Positions 14,811-28,947 of a DNA stretch of 64,000 bases are shown in pieces. The stretch is from Octopus vulgaris (taxonomy: Eukaryota): assembly GCA_951406725.2 (NCBI GenBank), contig OX597826.1, positions 27,838,001 to 27,902,000 of the forward strand, given 5' to 3'. A program made the translations under genes and the position numbers. The notes under the pieces were generated by a model. That model did no database searches. It was not told where the DNA came from and saw nothing but the letters and a program-made list of their open reading frames with translations. The stretch's first letter is position 1. Each line of letters starts with the position of its first letter.

Positions 14811-15450
14811 GTAAGCTTTCATTTCAATTCATTTTTACGTACACCATTGCTTGCAAACTCTACAATATATTTAACAAAACATTGACCTAAACACATTATC
14901 TGTATTTAATTAAATCAGAAGGAAAATATCACAAATATATAATCTCGAAATCACTCAACATTCATGAAAGAGAAAAGGTTCACGAGCTGTTTATTTTACA
15001 TATTTTTCAATCAAACTTGAACTATCGCATTCGGATTTGACCGACAATTGTGAATCTGGTGAATGGAGCATGTCGTTTAACATAATTCATTCATTTGTTC
15101 CACAATATTTATGAGAATTATTAACAAAGGCAACAAGTTATTTGCTTTGTGTTTGGAGCCGCGACAGACACAGCAAATTGTCAGTGGCTTCCATTGACGG
15201 AAAAGGTCACCATGTCGAAATATTGTTTTGATATGAAAGCATTGTTGTAGAGATATTCATACAAAATGTCTCTTCTCGTCCAAGTACACACACACACACA
15301 CACGCACCCAGACACATATGCACAGGCAAACACAGAAGTTGTGTGTGCGTGTGTGTGTATGTCTGCGTATGTAAGAGTACAAATGGTTTTGCATGTGTTA
15401 AGAGATCAGTTTTCATACATACATGCAGTCGCATATGTCCGCTATAACAA

Positions 15451-15502
<52 letters not shown>

Positions 15503-15503
<1 letters not shown>

Positions 15504-15735
15504 TTTTTTACTCTTTTACTTGTTTCAGTCATTTGACTGTGGCCATGCTGGAGCACCGGCTTTAGTCGAGCAAATGGACCCAAGGACTTATTCTTTGTAT
15601 GCCTAGTACTTATTCCATTGGTCTCTTTTGCCGAACCGCTAAGTTACGGAAATGTGAAACACACCAGCATCGGTTGTCAAGCGATGTTGGAGGAACAACA
15701 GAGACATACATACATGCATGCACACAAACACACAA

Positions 15736-15794
<59 letters not shown>

Positions 15795-15814
15795 AGAACA
15801 AAGTGCACGTACGC

Positions 15815-15866
<52 letters not shown>

Positions 15867-16018
15867 TATGATAATATAAAATAAAATACAAAATGGGACA
15901 AGAACGCAAAACATCCGGATAGACGATACAAAAGATATGGACTGGTCATTCGAAGCCTTTTATCTTCAGTCAGGGACCGGATCATCCTCGCAATTTCAGC
16001 TGATTAATCTTGAGATTA

Positions 16019-16071
<53 letters not shown>

Positions 16072-16205
16072 AATATACGACGGGCTTCTTTCAATTTCTG
16101 TCTACCAAATCCACTCACAATGCTTTGATCGGCCCGAGGCTACAGTAGAAGACGCTTACCCAAGCCGCCACGCAGTGGGACTGAACATGGAACTATGTGG
16201 TTCGT
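15503..16205 (-). mobile_element. SINE family A split by an insertion (~15865-16020) in its internal microsatellite
   Basis: 3' half at 15503-15720 and head at 16075-16205; the insert is related to the reverse of 62600-62700. Confidence 0.8.
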
Positions 16206-16207
16206 AA

Positions 16208-16246
<39 letters not shown>

Positions 16247-16309
16247 TTATTTATTTATATGTTTATATATATATATTTGTGTGTGTATAAGCATTTATAT
16301 ATGTATGTA

Positions 16310-16408
<99 letters not shown>

Positions 16409-16500
16409 ATATATATTCTCATATACATATATGTATGTATCTTTCTGTCTTTGTATCTACCTGTCTCACAAGCTATCTAGTTATCTATGTATCTTTTTTC

Positions 16501-16566
<66 letters not shown>

Positions 16567-16853
16567 GTCTACCTATGTACCTATCTACCAATCTATCTAT
16601 ATGCTGGCTGTTGAGATGGAAGCTTGCGTAGAGTTACGATATGAATAATAATGAAAAAGGTGACACAGAGAGGCAACAAAGTAATTTACGAGATAAATGA
16701 AAGCAAAATAAAAAAGAGAAAAAAGTAGCAAATTATAAACAGAAACTGGTGCAGCTGTACTCTACCCACTCATTGAATGTAATTTTGACATTCAATATTA
16801 GTACTTATACACACGCTACTACAGGCACATATATATATGTGTATATACATATG

Positions 16854-16922
<69 letters not shown>

Positions 16923-17000
16923 CATATATATATACATATATATATAAATATATATATATATATAATATATATATATATATATAATATACATATATATATA

Positions 17001-17038
<38 letters not shown>

Positions 17039-17049
17039 CATATATATAA

Positions 17050-17204
17050 CAGTGACTGGGTGATAAGTAGCTTGCTTACCAGCCACGTGGTTCGGGGTTC
17101 AGTCCCACTGCGTGCACCTTGGACAAGTGTTCTCTACTATAGCCTCCGGCTGACCAAAGCCTTCTGAGTGAATTTTGTAGACGGAAACTGAAAGAAGCCC
17201 ATAG

Positions 17205-17268
<64 letters not shown>

Positions 17269-17453
17269 AGTGTGTGTGTGTGTATTTGTACGTCTGTGTT
17301 TGTCTCCCCTCCATCATTTGACAACCGATGTCGGTGTGTTAGACCGATAGAATAAGTACTAGGCTTACAAAGAATAAGTTCTGGGTTCGATTTGTTTGAC
17401 TAAAGGCGGTGCTCCAACATGTCCGCAGTCAAATGACTGAAACAAATTAGAGA
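17050..17453 (+). mobile_element. SINE family A
   Basis: Head, CORE-like box, (TG)n and tail gactgaaacaa. Confidence 0.85.
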
Positions 17454-20400
17454 ATGCATACACATATATACATACATGCACATATACATACATGCATATA
17501 TATGTATGCATTAACATCTCGCCTTTAAATTTCAGCTTGTGAATAGTGTTTTTTTAACGCCCATCCAACCATATATTCATTATTCTTCATCTCACTAATA
17601 TAGTTAAATGTGTTCTTTTTCAGCTACTAACATTTCCAGAACTTTACAGTCTCACATTATGGAAAAATGTGTTGGTTTTGGTGACTTTTACGCTGTTTCA
17701 TATTAAACGAGGGGAACAACATTAATATACACTGGCACCGAAATGGAAAGCAGAATTTGAATTTTGCATCATTAGCTTGTTTATAGTGATGGAATGTTCT
17801 TGTTTGTGTGAGCATTGCTATGTACTATTGAAATTTCTTTTATTATGAATTGAGTAATTTTTTGCGTGATTATCTACAGGATAGACATGTTGCAAATTGT
17901 TATTTCACATCTAATTTTGATTCATTTTGTTTGTTGTGATGTATTCTAATTGCTCCTTGTTTTAATGTGCATAGCGAACTACCAGGGAAGAGATGCCGCA
18001 TATATGTGTCTCCAAAATATCAGTTGCAGTCGTGAATTTTATAACTCTCATTTTTAATCGGATTTTTAATGAAATCATTCACAACTAATTTGTTTGAGAG
18101 CAAGCATTTTGGGTGAGCTTTCATTAATAAATAAACAAGAACAGTAACTGAAAAATTGGACCAAATAGAACAGCATCAGTAACAATACAACGATAACGGC
18201 AACAGCAACAATAATACAGATCGTTTATAGGAAGATTTCTTTCGTAGCATAATCACAAAAATATTCGAAATAATGGAAACCAAAGCAACGATAAGTGTTA
18301 TCGTCAAGTCCTATAGTCTTGTCACTTGAATAAACTATTCCATTAATAACTACATCGTTTATCGAGTCTCTAAATATAATAAACCAGACTTCTTTCCAAA
18401 CGTTTTACAGGAAGCTCATTTTAAAACGGACAATAACAGCATATGAACACTTTCAGTTACAAAGAAAATACTATAATGCCTTGAGAAACATAATTGGCAG
18501 AAGACAGATAAGATGTCTGTATATTCAAGGGCTATTTTGGATAAACTGCTCTATATAATAATGGATCAACACAATACATTTTATCCTTGATTGTAGATAT
18601 AGAGTCATAAACCAGCCACATCAATCAACAAATGAACAGATCTGATGTCGATCTGCAGACACAATATGAAACTTATTCAATCCCATTTTGAAGTAAAATA
18701 CTGTCGCGACTCCATCATATATCAAGTAACACGCTGTCAGCCTGTATTTTTTCAACAGCTATAAAAAAAATCTGCTGAAGATCGCTGTATTTCAGTCGTC
18801 AGGTAATGGCCGGCAGCTATGATATGGAAGCAGGTAGAGGTTTTCAATAGATCTATGTAAGTGGATGTGTATGTTGTATGTGTACGTATTTTTGTGTGTG
18901 CATGTTTGCGTCTGAAAATATGTATATATGTGCGTGACCGTGTGTATATTTGTGCATATATGTGTGTGCATGTCTGTGTATATGTGTGTGTGCATGTGTG
19001 TATGTATATTTGTGTGACAGGTATTTGCTTTATCGATCCTATGAGAGGCAAAGTCGACCTTGGCGGATTTGAACTCAGAATATAAAGAGAGTCGAAATGC
19101 AATATTAACTGTAAAGAGTAATAGGAACTCACAGTAACAAAAACTACAGCAGCACCAACAACATCAGTGACAATAACAACTACAACAACAAAAATACCAA
19201 CAATTGTCATAGGAACAACCGCATAAACAACGTGGCAGCAGCAGCAACAACAACAAGAACAGTAGGCCAACAAGAGGAGATAACAACTGCAATAGCACCA
19301 GCTACATCACGAACATCAACAAGAAGAACACCAGGGGCAGCAATGGTGACTGCAACAGCAACAACAACAGCAACTGCTAAAACATCAATAAACACATCAA
19401 CAATACCAACTGTAGCATCATCAACATCTTAAACATACATTAAGAGACGCAAATGCAAATAATCTAGAAATAACAGGTTACAAACCCGACAGCAACAACA
19501 ACAGCAGCAACATAACTAAAAGATACTAAAGTAAACATACACACAACAGAATATAAGCAACAAGCTCTATAAGTAGATTTGAAGAGGCTACTCGCTTGCT
19601 AATGCCTGACTCTCTTAATAATCATTACTGTTGCAAATGTTGGCGCCAATCTCCAAGCTGAAAAACAAAATTATAACGTAGACCAGTGATGGTGGTGGTG
19701 GTGGTGGTGGTGGTGGTTTGTTTGGTGGCTGGTTAGCGAGCTTTTTTATGTGAATTAGCGTGTATGTGCACGTGCATGTGAGTGGTTTTGCTATGATGTG
19801 CTCTATTTAAGACCACCCAGTGGCTAGCTGACACCTGCAGATATCAGCCACAATCTGGACAATATTTAGAAAATTCTTATCTCCATAGTAACTAGCTGTC
19901 TTCCGTGAAATGATGCTGATAGAATGAAATGGTAGCGCGAAATCGTTTGTATGCGAAACGTAGATTTCTGCAAATCTGTCAAAGAAGGCACCAGATTAAA
20001 TTGGCAAATATGCCTTCAAACACGCGATAATATCGTCACATGTGTTTATACGTTAGCTCAAACACAAATCTTATTCTCATTCACAGATATAGACATATAT
20101 CAGCATATATATTTCAATGCATGCATACATACATACATACATACATACATACATACATACATACATACATACATACATACATACATACTTACGTACATAC
20201 ATACATATATACATTGCATACACTTATGTTGAAATGCATTCCTAGATGCACAGATAATGCATCTATTCAAAAATATGGGTACGATTGATATTGCTAGGAC
20301 ACAGAAACACACACTCGTAAGCACTTACTCTCTCTCTCTCTCTCCCACACACAGACAGACACACACACACACACACACACACACGTATATTCATACGTAC

Positions 20401-20904
20401 ATAAGTATATAAATATTTGCTCAATATAGCATACATACATCCAGATACCTAGCATATCCATTAGTCGTTCTGACTGACTCTCTCTCTCTCTCTCTCTCTC
20501 TATCAATCTATCTCTATCTATCTATATTCTAATGGCATATTTCCACAAGATTATATGAATGTCAAATATTTTGGTCACGAACACAGTACAATGCTTTTGA
20601 TAAGACTCGAACCATCAGTTTTTCGTTTTGTTGAAAACATCATTATTTTAACACAATTGATTTTATAGAAAGGAATTTGATCGAATAAATAAGCATGGGT
20701 GGGTGAGGTTAAGACACAATATATAAACATAGAAAAATTGGTTCTTGTGTTATTTATTAAACGAAGTGAAAGACTTCCACGAAAGAAGATTACCCGGCAG
20801 TTGTTGGACAAAATCTCCCTCAAGGATTATGTATCGTATTTTAATGAATATAAGGAACAATTTTTTTTCAAAAATTAGGACAACAAATCTGGGATTTTCT
20901 TATA

Positions 20905-21011
20905 CATGGATAGTATAATTTCTTACGAAACCTTTTTTTCCAATGTTTAAGCCCCCGACGTTTGGGGGCTCTTTATACATAAGTGTTTGTTACACACGTT
21001 AAAATACGGTA
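20905..21011. mobile_element. Possible right end of a pogo/Tigger-type DNA transposon relic
   Basis: Ends aaaatacgg|ta with a subterminal agccccc...gggggct hairpin; no matching left end found. Confidence 0.3.
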
Positions 21012-21923
21012 TACCTCGTGTTGTCGACTTTATTAGAAAGAAATAGGGTTTCGTTGTATAGGTCAGCTCTCACTGAGAAATCTTTTCTCAGTAGACATAC
21101 AAGGTGAGCACTATGAAGGAACATTTCCCAGCTTTAGCGACCTGCAGATCCATGGTGTGTTTAGATCCGTTTGCGGTTGCTGGTACCTTGATATTCGGAA
21201 GATCCCTATGTTTTCTCAGAGCCTTGTGAGTACCGTAGACCCATGCAGGTGTCCAGCACAGTTTCAGCAGTTTCCTGCGTGCCTGCAGATTTCTGATCGT
21301 TCGAAAATTCCTGGAAGCTCACAAATATCCGGAGATCTACCAAGAAAGATCTAGGGAAGGGTCTGTGAGCTGTATTCAAAATTGTAAAAACTTGGTCTAT
21401 AAAATAAACACTCAGTTACATAGAATTTTTATTCACTTACAGATTAAACGGCGAGCAGGCAGAATCGTTACCATGCCGGGGAAAAAAGAAAACTGCTTAG
21501 CTGTATCTCTTCCGTCTCCTAGCGTTCTGGGTTCAAATGTCACCGTTGTCGACTTTGCATTTCATCCTTTCGGGGCCAATAAAGTGAATAGCAGTTAAGT
21601 GCTGGGCTCGCTGCACACAACTTATCTCCTCCTCTCAAATTTTCCGGCCAAAATTCAGAAAGAATTATTTCCTTACAGATATTTCTTTTCATTTGAGAAA
21701 TGAAATGAAAATAAGAAAACGAATCTGGGGGATTTACTGAGTAGACAGACCTTCAAACGTCTGGTGTCCATCGCAGAGACCATTTATAGAAAGGAGGGTA
21801 TTAGTTGGGAAAAGGTCGGAAACCAGTGATCCAAAGGGATCAACTGTGATCTTTCTATCATAGTTTTAATGATAGAATCTTGTTTCAGGGATAATTGACC
21901 GATATTCGGTAGTATTTCTGTTA

Positions 21924-22222
21924 GGATACACGTGGTTTAGTGGTTAGGAGTATTCGGCTCCCGATCGTAAGACCATGGGTTCGATTTCTGGAAGCGCATT
22001 ATGCTCTGAGCAAGACACTTTATTTCACGTTGCTCCAGTCCACTAAGCTGACAAAAAATTGGTAGTACTTGTATTTCAAAAGGCTGCCTTGTATCATGTT
22101 GAAAGCTCCCTGAGAACTACGTTAAGGGTACACGTGTCTGTGAAGTGCACGTTTATTTCATGAGCAGGCTGTTACGGTGATAGGATCAACTGCAATTGCC
22201 GTCGTAACCGACGGAGTACCAG
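21924..22222 (+). mobile_element. SINE family C (tRNA head plus CORE-like gagcaagacactttatttcacgttgctccagtccac)
   Basis: A box tggtttagtgg, B box ggttcgatttc; the tail matches 1-185. Confidence 0.8.
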
Positions 22223-23111
22223 TTAATTTTTGTCAGGTTCAACGATCACGTTGAATCTAACTTTGGTTCTTTTTGCAATAAATATTAGATTTTTTGGAAA
22301 GATATTTACTTTTGCTTTTTCGTATTACTGATTTTCCAAGACTGGTGGAATTATGTCTACCTTTTGAGCAGCTGAAGGCGGGATTTGATCTCAGAAAATC
22401 ACGAGTACGGACAAAAACTGCTGGGCATCCGATCTGAGGTTCTTTATGTTTTGCAAGTGTACCGCCTTTGAATAATACTTTTTATCGACCCTTTTCTTAA
22501 AAGGAAGAAAAGGTAAAGTTTACCTCGACAGGATTTGAATTCACAGCGCAAAGGGCTTGAATACATACTGAACGGTATCCGGTACTGCGTTCTTATAATT
22601 CCACATCCCGCCTACGTGGGTTGGTATTTTTTAAACGACATTGCATGTCATCCGATCCAACGACGTTATAGTTTCATTAACCAATTATTCTGGTCTAATA
22701 TCTTTTCTATCGACCCACTCCTGTCGAGGATGAGAAAAACAGAAAAATCAAATTAGCCCTATGAGGGGACTAGAACACAGTGTGACGAAACATGTAACTC
22801 GAAAGTTTCTACGACTTGGCCAAACTGTTTTATTTACACATAGAAGCATATATTCACATTATCATATAAAAGAAAAACTAAGGTACCTCGTAGAATCGTT
22901 AGCGCGCCGGACAAAATGCTTAGCGGAATTTCGTCCGTCTTGTTCTGAGTACAAATTGTACCGATGTCGATTCTTCCTTTCATCCTTTCGGCATTGATAA
23001 AATAAGTACCAGTTGAGCACTGGAGCCGATAAAATCAACTTACCCACTCCACGAAATTGCTGGCCTTGTGCCAAGTTTTGAAATTTGAAATCATTATATA
23101 GAGAAACGAGT

Positions 23112-23393
23112 GGAGGCACATGGCCTAGTGGTTAGAGCAGCGGACGCGCGAATCAGGGATCACAGGTTCGAATCTCTGCCCCGGTGATGTGTGTGTTTAT
23201 GAGCGAAACGCCTAAGCTCTACGCGGCTCCGGCAGAAGGTAATGGCGAGCTGCTGCTGACTCTTTCGCCACAACTTTCTCTCGCTCTTTCCTCATGCATC
23301 TTGCAGCTCACCTGCAACGGACCGATGGGGACATATACACCAAGGAAACCGGAAAACCGGCCCTAATGAGCCAGGCGTGGCTCGAGAAGGAAC
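23112..23393 (+). mobile_element. tRNA-derived SINE (family E)
   Basis: A box tggcctagtgg and B box ggttcgaatct, then a non-tRNA body; tail motif ggaaaccg resembles 40540-40755. Confidence 0.7.
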
Positions 23394-24722
23394 AAAAAAA
23401 ATAGAGAGAAACAAAGGCTTTGGCCTAGAAGAGTCGTTAGGAAGTCGGACAAAATGCTTAGCATTTTATCGTCCGTCTTTTCGTTCAGAGTTCAAATTCC
23501 TCCGCGGTCGACTTTGCCTTATATCCGTTAGGGATCAAGAAGATAAATACAAGTTTAGTGGGATTGATATAATCGACATCCGACCCCGGCCCTAAAAACT
23601 GCTGGCTCTGACAAATTTGAATCCATTATAAAGACAAAGACGGTGAGTGAGCAAATATGGTCGTTCGTGGCACAAAATCTCAGCAGCATTTTTTTCGTTC
23701 TCTCGTTCCATAGAGATCGAATTTACCTTTCATCCTTTCGGATTCAATAAAATAAGTTATAGTTGATCACTGGGCTCCATGTAATCGTTGAACATTACGC
23801 GCCACAACATTTCGGGCCTTACTCCAAAATTTGAAACCAATGGTGGCGAACAAATAAAATCGTCAACGCGTCGAACAACATGTTCAATAGCATTTCTTTC
23901 CACTCGTCGCATACTAAAGGCAAACAACCCCTAGATCAAACTTGCCTTTTGTCCTTTCGAGGGTCGATAAAATAACGTAGATTTTACGGACTGGGTTCAC
24001 GTAATAGACTAACTTCTTTCCAAATTTCTGGTCTTTTGCCAAAATTTGAAACAATCCTATAGAAAAACTATAAACAGATGACGCCAAATACATATGCTGG
24101 TCATCACAGCACACTGATGAAGGTATGTAGGCACTTAAGATTAAACATTAACTGCCAATGTAAGTAGTAACTATCGATATAAAATAGTATTCGTGAAAAC
24201 CAGGACAAATGACCAATATTACTGTACTTTTGACCTTCCGTACTATTTACTTTTTAAATTATTTCATTTGAAATATTAATCGCTCATATTTCAATAGGGA
24301 ATTGCGATTCTTCTCTATGGATGTAGGGAAACTAATAACCAAGACAGATTCAATAAAAATGATAACGTCTCACTCTCTCTCACACTCTTTCTCTTTCTTT
24401 CTCTCTCCCTCCTTGTGTATGTTTGTGTGTTTGTATGTATGTATATATATATATATACAGATGATCTTATTTACATCTGTTTCTCACTCTCTCGTTCTCA
24501 CTCACTATCTCTCTCCCTGTCTTTCAATTTCTCCCCCCATTTCTCTCTCTCTTCTTCTTCTCTCCTCCCCACCCTTTTTGATATCATGACTTTCACGTAT
24601 GCAGACATTTACACAAGTTTCACACATTTATATCTGAGAATGTGTGTGAATGTGTGTGCATGTGTACGTGTGTGTGCGTGCACATGTGTGTATATGCGTA
24701 TCCGTGTGTGTATCATTATGTA

Positions 24723-24812
<90 letters not shown>

Positions 24813-25119
24813 ATTTTATAATTAGTACATATGTGTATGAGTGTATTTGTTCTAATGCGAAATCGTACGCGTATATGAATCGGTTATTCAGATGTGCATA
24901 TATGTGTGTACATGTATGTTATACGAGTGTGCATGTATATTAAGGATAGTATATTCCAATGCGAAGATAAGATTATTTGTGGTTCTCGGTGTCTCTCTTT
25001 ATATGTCCTTAACAGTCTTCTTTTTTGTGTGTGTATATATATATATATATACACACACAAAAATAAATAAGACTGCTATATATATATGCATATATATGTG
25101 TATATATATATATATAAAT

Positions 25120-25160
<41 letters not shown>

Positions 25161-25176
25161 CGTATCCCTCTATATG

Positions 25177-25214
<38 letters not shown>

Positions 25215-25445
25215 TTCTGGATATATATATACAGAGAGAAAGAGAGAGCGAGAGAGGCAGACAGACACAGACAGAAATAGAGAGTAAAAGATAGATGTGT
25301 GTGTGTGTGTGTAAAACACGTATTCGTATTTACGTATATATCTACATATGAACATGTGGGTGTTTTAATAAATGTATGTTTGTATCCATACGAATATATC
25401 AAAATCTGCCCATATACATACATATATATATATATGTGTGTATAT

Positions 25446-25516
<71 letters not shown>

Positions 25517-26152
25517 GTACATATATATATAATATATATATAATATACCAGAATGTTAATGTAAAATATCCATAAACACACATATACACATAATTATTTC
25601 AGTCTTTATATATATAAAGACGTGTGTGTGCGTTCGTACGTGTATGCATATGTGTGTATGTGTGCGTATGTGTGTGTGTATTTGCACATTAATGTATTTC
25701 TTAAACATCTATTGATATTTTGTATCGTCCAGTAATCTCCCTCCATTACTGAACTAAATTGGTCTTCGTTAAGACTGGTGGTTTTCATGGAATCAAACGG
25801 AAGATTGACACAGCTCTTAGCAACCATATCATTCCTTTTCAGCGGACACATCATCAAAATTCTGGTCAAGCATGAAGACGTTTTTGCAGAGACATTATGA
25901 CTCGAAGATGATGTATTTAACCATCTAACTTCCAAATATTTAAATGTTCTGTAGATTTTGATGTTGCAACGATTTGATATTTTTTTTCTTCGTCATATAT
26001 ATTAATGATCATTCATCGATTCATGTTAAATGAACTAAATAAAAAAAATACTGAAAATTAATATATATCTGATAAAATACAAGACAGTAAATAAAGACTG
26101 AGATATACGATTACGTATATAAATATTTGCATACTATGTATATCATTGATAT

Positions 26153-26183
26153 ACTAGCATATTACCCGTCATATGACAGGTAA
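26153..26183 (-). mobile_element. Helitron-like 3' terminus
   Basis: Minus-strand CTAG|T end preceded by the hairpin ttacccgtca-ta-tgacaggtaa. Confidence 0.4.
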
Positions 26184-26231
26184 CTTTGGAAGTGTTTGGA
26201 AATATAGTTTACGTAGATAGATGATTCCCTT

Positions 26232-26545
26232 TAGTCATGAATGACCATATAGAATGTTACCCTCCGAGGCCCAAGTCCAGGCAAGGTTGATTGTGGAAGA
26301 CCAGCAGTCTCCCATCCATGCCAGCCTCCCCTCGCTATGCCACCGATGTTATCCAAGGGAAAGACAAAGGCTGACACAATTTGACACCAGTGATGTCGCA
26401 ACTCCTTTCTGCAGATGAGTGAACTGGAGCAACGCGAAATAAAGTGGCTTGCTCCAGAACACAACACAGAGCCCAACCCAGGAATCGAAATCACTACCTC
26501 ACGGTTGTGGGGCCCACGCTCTAACCACTATGTTATGCACCTTCA
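26232..26545 (-). mobile_element. SINE family D (tRNA head plus CORE-like box)
   Basis: Reverse homolog of 35470-35730 (ggggaggctgg...gactgct.gtcttcca). Confidence 0.75.
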
Positions 26546-27063
26546 CATGGCTCTTATGGTTTAACCACAACACAACTTCTGTCAAATTTCTAGCCGCTTA
26601 TTGGAATTGGTGAAATGAATACTAATTTTTAAAAGTAAAATAGTTTTCCATTATAGGAAATAATGTCAAAGAAATCCATTTTCTTTGTACTTAGACAAAA
26701 TGATGAAATTAATACTAATTTACAAAAGTAAGACTTGTATTTCCTCAAAATACAATTAAATCTTTCGCTTTCAGATTCCTCTCTCAAATGTGATGCTTAT
26801 TCACTCACAGTGTTTTGAATTAATTATAGCTCACCAAGATTTTGATGATGTAATTTTTTCTTTATATTCAGAATAACATAGTAGGGTAGATGTGAAAATC
26901 CAGATCTAACTGGTTTGTACATAAAATACATAGAATATATGGCCCATATGAAGCCAGTTTAACGAATTGTTCGTTTGTGTATCTGCAATAAATATGTAAT
27001 TATTTCTCTAACTTTCATAAACATAGCTACAAGCTATTACCTCGAAGAGGTTGTAGCTTGTAG

Positions 27064-27127
27064 CTCTCTCCGTATATAATTTAAAGAGCGAAATTTACTC
27101 TCTCCGTATATAATTTAAAGAGCGAAA
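27064..27127. repeat. Tandem duplication, 34-bp period
   Basis: ctctctccgtatataatttaaagagcgaaa occurs twice. Confidence 0.9.
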
Positions 27128-27195
27128 AAAAATCAACCAGCCAACCAATTTATCATCCAGCAAAAGTTTGTATCGGCTATATATATACATATATG

Positions 27196-27262
<67 letters not shown>

Positions 27263-27299
27263 ATGTGTGTATGTATGTATGTGTGTGTATATATATATA

Positions 27300-27337
<38 letters not shown>

Positions 27338-27340
<3 letters not shown>

Positions 27341-27495
27341 TTTTACTCTTTAACTTATTTCGGTCATTTGACTTATTCTTTGTAAGCCTAGTACTTATTC
27401 TATCGGTCTCCTCTGCTGAATCACAAAGTTACGATGACGTAAACACACCAGCATCGGTTGTCAAGCGATGTTGGGGGGACGAACACAGACACACA
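27338..27495 (-). mobile_element. SINE family A, 3' half
   Basis: gacttattctttgtaagcctagtactt...catcggttgtcaagcgatg. Confidence 0.8.
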
Positions 27496-27533
27496 TATAC
27501 ACACACACACGTACATACATACATGCATACATG

Positions 27534-27593
<60 letters not shown>

Positions 27594-27629
27594 CTATACA
27601 TATGTATGTATGTATAGTATGTGTGTATG

Positions 27630-28105
27630 TATAGTAAATCCCAAAAAGAACAGCAAGCAAAAAAGAGAACAGCGCCAGGACGTGGTACATGTACAGTATT
27701 ATCAGACGCCCAGGGTAGGAAAGAAAGATGGTTTAACGTTTCGAGCAACGCTCTTCTTCAGAAAGAGAAGAAAATCCAATAGAAAGGAAGACGAGGAAGA
27801 AAATCGCCAACGATTCACATATATGCACATACATATACATAGACATACATACACACACAGATACTCACACACATATAAATGTATGTATATGTATATATAG
27901 TAAATGCAAAAAGAAAGAAGAACAAATACAAGAAAAAAAAAAACAACAACGCGAAGACGTGGTACATGCAAAGTATTAGCAGACGCTCAGTGAAGGAAAG
28001 AAAGGTAGTTTTACGTTCCGAGTAAAGCTCTTCGTCAGAAACAGGAAACGGAGGAACGTCCAAGAGAAAAGGAAGACGGAGGAAAAAATCGCCGCCGATC
28101 AACAT
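27630..28105 (-). mobile_element. Two tandem ~180-200-bp Penelope/retrozyme-like units, each with a minimal hammerhead motif
   Basis: Units share gacgtggtacatg..agtatta.cagacgc; minus-strand CTGAAGA-a-gagc-gtt-gctc-GAAA-cgtt (27733-27761) and CTGACGA-a-gag-cttta-ctc-GGAA-cgta (28011-28038). Confidence 0.6.
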
Positions 28106-28109
28106 GTGT

Positions 28110-28236
<127 letters not shown>

Positions 28237-28276
28237 ATGTATGTACGTGTGTGTGTATGTGTGTGCATATATATAT

Positions 28277-28620
28277 ACTAGCTGACGTACCCGATAATTC
28301 CCCGGAAACCGGGGCTTATCCCCTGGTTCCGTTCTCATAATTGTTTCGGTAATCCAATAACAACAATACAAAGTATGTAGCCCTTAAAACGGTTTTTGTG
28401 CATTTACAGAGAATACCTAACTGTCTTACACAGGATCTTGTTTTTAGGAATTCCCAACAAGTTATGAACACCCAAATTGTGAAGTCACTTATGTAATAAC
28501 ATGAAACTAGTTAGCCGATAGTAAGAATTCCATTAAAGTATCCCCGGAAAGGACTTTAATGTGTTCCAAGAGTATATAGAACGTAGGAGGGAATACTAAT
28601 AATGTATGAATACTAAAATC
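28277..28620 (-). mobile_element. Helitron-like non-autonomous element (far end uncertain)
   Basis: ACTAG directly after (TA)n, with the hairpin ccccgg-aaa-ccgggg at 28300-28314. Confidence 0.4.
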
Positions 28621-28677
28621 ATGAAGCTTCGAATGAATCGACCTTTTTCTTTTTTTTTTTTTTTTTCTTAAGCCTAA

Positions 28678-28834
28678 AACTTATTCTTTCTCTTTCGCCG
28701 AACTGCAAAGTTATAGATAAAGAAACACCAGCATCGGAGTTCGATAGCAGGCAACAAACATAAACACAAGGAGATATACACACACAGACACACACAGAGA
28801 AATGCGCGAGCGATCACACACGCATACACACACA

Positions 28835-28893
<59 letters not shown>

Positions 28894-28915
28894 CATACAT
28901 ACATACATACATACA

Positions 28916-28947
<32 letters not shown>

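Larger units (their letters stand above)
21448..24055. mobile_element. Dense SINE cluster: several family B copies of different ages plus families C and E
   Basis: B-like copies on + at about 21448-21665, 22885-23095, 23425-23630, 23640-23840 and 23843-24055; decayed minus copies at about 22340-22620. Confidence 0.7.

Noticed and set aside
21110-21360. GC-richer unique stretch with partly open frames
   Set aside because: No recognisable motif or convincing splice pair; possibly an old TE relic.
23112-23185. Possible tRNA gene
   Set aside because: A and B boxes are present, but there is no proper acceptor stem or anticodon arm, and it continues into a SINE body.
25730-25935. Unique stretch resembling an exon
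   Set aside because: Frames are short on both strands, with no donor site and no recognised homology.
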